Translations under genes and position numbers: made by a program
The notes under the pieces: generated by a model
What the model was told of the DNA's origin: nothing
Databases searched by the model: none
What the model saw: the letters and a program-made list of their open reading frames with translations, nothing else
DNA from: an uncultured Porphyromonadaceae bacterium
GTDB lineage: Bacteria; Bacteroidota; Bacteroidia; Bacteroidales; UBA12481
Direction: 5' to 3'
Length of the DNA: 64,000 nt
NCBI GenBank assembly: GCA_964465145.1
Contig: CAYXJR010000001.1
Span: forward strand, 23,663 to 87,662
Shown here: piece by piece, positions 60,693 to 64,000 of the stretch
How the letters are laid out: each line of letters starts with the position of its first letter
Numbering within the stretch: position 1 is the first letter of the stretch

Positions 60693-63122
60693 ATGAAGCG
60701 GCTATTATATTTTTCGATAATTTGCTCAATTCTAATTTTACCTACCGCCTGTAATGGCATCAAGAACAACGAAAGGTCGGAGGGGTTGAACTCTGAAAGC
60801 AAGGCACTCTGGATTTCCGACAGGATCGAACAGCCGGCCAGCGATTCATTGTTCTATCTGGATAATCCCTCACCGCTGTTCCGTAAAGAGTTCATTCCAC
60901 AAAACCCTCTAAAAAAGGCAACCCTTTATATCACAGCAGCCGGGTATTATAAAGCTACAATTAACGGCAAAAGGGTTGGCGATCATCTTCTTGATCCCGC
61001 CTGGACCAACTTCAGCAAAAGAATCTACTACTCTGAATATGATTTAACCTCCGCTATACTGGAAAGCGAAAATTGTATTGGTGTGACCCTGGGAAACGGC
61101 TTTTATAACCCTCTGCCGTTAAAGATGTGGGGGGGCAGGAATATCAGGGAAGAACTGCCGGTTGGAAGGCCGTCATTCATTGCCAGCCTTGTTTTAGAAT
61201 ACGAAAATGGAAAAACAGAAGAAATAGTATCTGATAATTCATGGAAATACGCCTATGGCCCGATGTTAAAAAATAATGTTTACCTGGGTGAAGTTTATGA
61301 TGCCCGGCGTGAGGTTAAGGGATGGGATAAACCAGATTTTGAAGAGAAAAACTGGAAACAGGCAATTATAGCCAAGAACCCGGGCGGAGAGCTGCAAGAA
61401 TCTTTTTTCCCACCTATACAGGTCACAAAAAAGATTGTTCCAAAAGAAATATATTCACCTGAAGAGGGCTTATATATTGTGGACATGGGAATAAATATCA
61501 CCGGGGCCTATAAAATAAAACTGTCGGGTAATACAGGCGATACCATAACTTTCAGGTTCGGGGAAAGGATTTATGATGACGGCAGCCTTAATCCCATGAC
61601 AACTGTTTGCGGACAAATCAAAAGAGGAGGGGTTGGCGGGCCGGGAGCTCCGGCAATAGCCTGGCAAACTGATAGTTATATTATCGGAGACAACAATGGA
61701 GGCTGGTACCGTCCCGAATTTACCTTCCACACTTTCAGGTATATGGAAATAGCAGGATTGCAGGAAAAACCAATGGTTTCTGATATCGAAGGCCTGGCAT
61801 TTAACACAAATGTTCCCAACAACAACAGCTTTTCCTGCTCATCTGATCTGATCAATTCCATTCAGGCAGCTGTTGAAAGAACCTTCCTGAATAACCTCAT
61901 CAGTGTGCAATCTGATTGCCCGGCCAGGGAAAAGTTCGGCTATGGCGGCGACCTAAATGCCACAAGTGAAGCCTTCATTTACAATTTTGATATGCAGTAT
62001 TTTTATCGTAAAACGATATACGATTGGGTAGATGCTATCAGAGATTCAACATTCATAGATACTGCTCCTTTTGTTGGAATAAAATATTGCGGCTTAAGCT
62101 GGGAATCGGCCTGGATAATAACTCAATATTATCTCTATTTATATTACAATGACACAGATATTATTGAAGAACTGTACGAATTAGATAAAAAATGGATGGA
62201 CAAAGTGGCGAGAATTCATCCTGAAGGTATTGTAGCCGAAGGTTTAAGCGATCATGAATCCCTGGAGCCTGTACCTGTTCGGTTAACAGGCACAAGCCAT
62301 TACTATCAGTGTGCCGGCATAATGCAGGAATTCGCCTCGGTGATGGGCGACAAAGAAAATGAGGAGAAATATGGCAATCTGGCAGATAAGTTGAAAAATC
62401 TGATAAAAGAAGAATTTTGGGATAAGCCTGTGGAAGGAAAAATAAACAGGCAGACATTATTTGCCACGCTTCTATATCATGGCATAGTGCCTGAGGATGA
62501 GATCCCCGCTGCTAAAGACTCTCTACAGAAAGCTGTCCAGTATGGGATTTCAGGACATTTTACAACCGGGATATTCGGGACCAAGTATGTACTTGAGACT
62601 TTGTCGGAATATTCATCTGCACAGAATGTTTTTGATATTGTTAACAGCACAGCATTCCCCGGCTGGGGATTTATGATCGACCATGGGGCAACAACAATCT
62701 GGGAAACATGGAAAGAGAGCGATAACACCTTTTCCAATTGCCATCCAATGTTTGGCATGGTATCAGAGTGGTTCTACAGATGGCTGGGCGGGATCAGACC
62801 GGATCCGGAACATCCCGGCTTTAAGGTATTTACTTTAGCACCAAACACTCCCGAAGGCCTTAGTTTCAGCAACTGCACCTACCAATCCCCACAGGGAGAG
62901 ATCGTATCGAACTGGAAGCTTCAGGAATCCGGCTGGTACACTTTTGAAATGACCATCCCTGATGGATCACTTGCCAATGTTTCTTTGCCTGGGGGTGAAT
63001 CCAGTGAGGTTTCCATCGAAAAGAATGGGAAAAAGATTGATGCCGGGAAAATCAAGGGCTTGGAATCTGGGAAGTTTGAGTTGAGGGCGGGGGAATATCT
63101 TATTAGGCTGAAGCCTTTATGA
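60693..63122 (+). CDS. GH78 alpha-L-rhamnosidase family lipoprotein
   Basis: PLFRKEF, GEVYDAR, FTFHTFRY, SDCPAREKFGYGGD, GATTIWETW..SNCHPMFG. Confidence 0.92.
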   Translation: MKRLLYFSIICSILILPTACNGIKNNERSEGLNSESKALWISDRIEQPASDSLFYLDNPSPLFRKEFIPQNPLKKATLYITAAGYYKATINGKRVGDHLLDPAWTNFSKRIYYSEYDLTSAILESENCIGVTLGNGFYNPLPLKMWGGRNIREELPVGRPSFIASLVLEYENGKTEEIVSDNSWKYAYGPMLKNNVYLGEVYDARREVKGWDKPDFEEKNWKQAIIAKNPGGELQESFFPPIQVTKKIVPKEIYSPEEGLYIVDMGINITGAYKIKLSGNTGDTITFRFGERIYDDGSLNPMTTVCGQIKRGGVGGPGAPAIAWQTDSYIIGDNNGGWYRPEFTFHTFRYMEIAGLQEKPMVSDIEGLAFNTNVPNNNSFSCSSDLINSIQAAVERTFLNNLISVQSDCPAREKFGYGGDLNATSEAFIYNFDMQYFYRKTIYDWVDAIRDSTFIDTAPFVGIKYCGLSWESAWIITQYYLYLYYNDTDIIEELYELDKKWMDKVARIHPEGIVAEGLSDHESLEPVPVRLTGTSHYYQCAGIMQEFASVMGDKENEEKYGNLADKLKNLIKEEFWDKPVEGKINRQTLFATLLYHGIVPEDEIPAAKDSLQKAVQYGISGHFTTGIFGTKYVLETLSEYSSAQNVFDIVNSTAFPGWGFMIDHGATTIWETWKESDNTFSNCHPMFGMVSEWFYRWLGGIRPDPEHPGFKVFTLAPNTPEGLSFSNCTYQSPQGEIVSNWKLQESGWYTFEMTIPDGSLANVSLPGGESSEVSIEKNGKKIDAGKIKGLESGKFELRAGEYLIRLKPL

Positions 63123-63140
63123 AAAAACGCTGGTACATCA

Positions 63141-63231
63141 CCAGATTCCTGCATTCGCAGGAATGACACTCACTTTTGCGAACAATAGCAATGATGGCAA
63201 CTATTAGTGTCATCCCCGCGCAGGGGGATCG
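63141..63231. repeat. Inverted pair of REP-like elements
   Basis: CCAGATTCCTGC-ATTC-GCAGGAATGACA and TGTCATCCCCGCGCAGGGGGATC. Confidence 0.55.
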
Positions 63232-63309
63232 GATTGTTAACGTAAAATGAATATCCAAGGACCATTTTTTATACTAATTTTATCCACCAAACAGCCCAAA
63301 CCAAAACAC

Positions 63310-64000
63310 ATGAAATCATTAAATGTGCTCCTTACCTTAATCACGGTACTGCTTTTCTCGTCCTGCAGCACCACAAAGACTCCCTCCTGGGAATCCATCG
63401 CCAACGGCGTATGGAAATATTCTGTCGGGGACCCGGATGCTGTGAATCTTCTTGATGCTGCAAAGGCAGTTCCTGATATCACCAGGCTTAATGATTTCAA
63501 ACTTTCTGACTTTCCTTTTGATAAGGATCTTGTAGAAATAAACGAGCTGGATGGCAAACTGTACATCAAGTTCCCCCTGGAAAAGGAAGAGCAGATTTAT
63601 GGCCTTGGATTACAGTTCAATAGCATCAATAGAAGAGGGAAAATATACAATCTACATGTCGACCATTACGGAGGAAAAGATAATGGCAGAACCCATGCCC
63701 CGGTTCCATTCTATGTTTCCAGTAAAGGTTACGGGGTATTAATCAATTCGGCCAGGTATATGACTGTATATGTGGGCTCGGCCAATCGTGTTGACAGCCC
63801 TAATCCTCCCGAAGTTTACGATCGCAATACAGATAGAAATTGGTCTGCTCAGCCTGAATCGGATATGGTGGAAATCCTGATTCCTGATACGAATGCTGAA
63901 ATAATTGTATTCCAGGGTGATTCACCCCTTGAAGCTGTTAGCAAATACAATCTCTACTGCGGAGGAGGATGTTTACCTCCCAAATGGGGTTTAGGTTTTA
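63310..64000 (+). CDS. GH31-family glycoside hydrolase lipoprotein (partial, runs off the window; absent from the ORF track)
   Basis: MKSLNVLL..FSSC, EQIYGLGLQF, GRTHAPVPFYVSSKGYGV, GGGCLPPKWGLGF. Confidence 0.85.
   Translation, partial: MKSLNVLLTLITVLLFSSCSTTKTPSWESIANGVWKYSVGDPDAVNLLDAAKAVPDITRLNDFKLSDFPFDKDLVEINELDGKLYIKFPLEKEEQIYGLGLQFNSINRRGKIYNLHVDHYGGKDNGRTHAPVPFYVSSKGYGVLINSARYMTVYVGSANRVDSPNPPEVYDRNTDRNWSAQPESDMVEILIPDTNAEIIVFQGDSPLEAVSKYNLYCGGGCLPPKWGLGF

Noticed and set aside
478-63742. Numerous 60-190 aa ORFs antisense to or overlapping long genes
   Set aside because: Shadow ORFs with no recognisable motifs, lying inside well-supported CDSs.

Overview
Chromosomal segment of a Bacteroidota, probably an anaerobic Bacteroidales. 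The evidence is a T9SS-type C-terminal domain, a TonB receptor/DUF4249 cluster and TAnnTTTG promoters. It carries a NuoG/FdhA-like Fe-S gene with nfnAB, two-component genes, many glycosidases (GH38-like, GH116, GH127, GH172, GH78, GH31, sialidase-like), transporters and peptidases. It also has many genes broken by internal deletions or short duplications. The most unusual part is a ~6 kb co-oriented minus-strand array (about 35300-41100) with three DUF1016/YhcG PD-(D/E)XK genes, one intact and one vestigial ORF6N gene, and higBA. Five units share a fixed-spacing bipartite upstream motif (TTTCCATTT-N13-GCRTYTATAT), and REP-like hairpins separate them. Each of the three DUF1016 genes and the intact ORF6N gene contains a perfect in-frame DNA palindrome. 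In the DUF1016 paralogues it lies at the same codon position but differs by compensatory changes in both arms. The ORF6N palindrome recurs as free-standing copies upstream of three of the units. No rRNA, tRNA, CRISPR array, integrase, intact transposase or reverse transcriptase was recognised. All family assignments come from motif recognition by eye; no database search was run.
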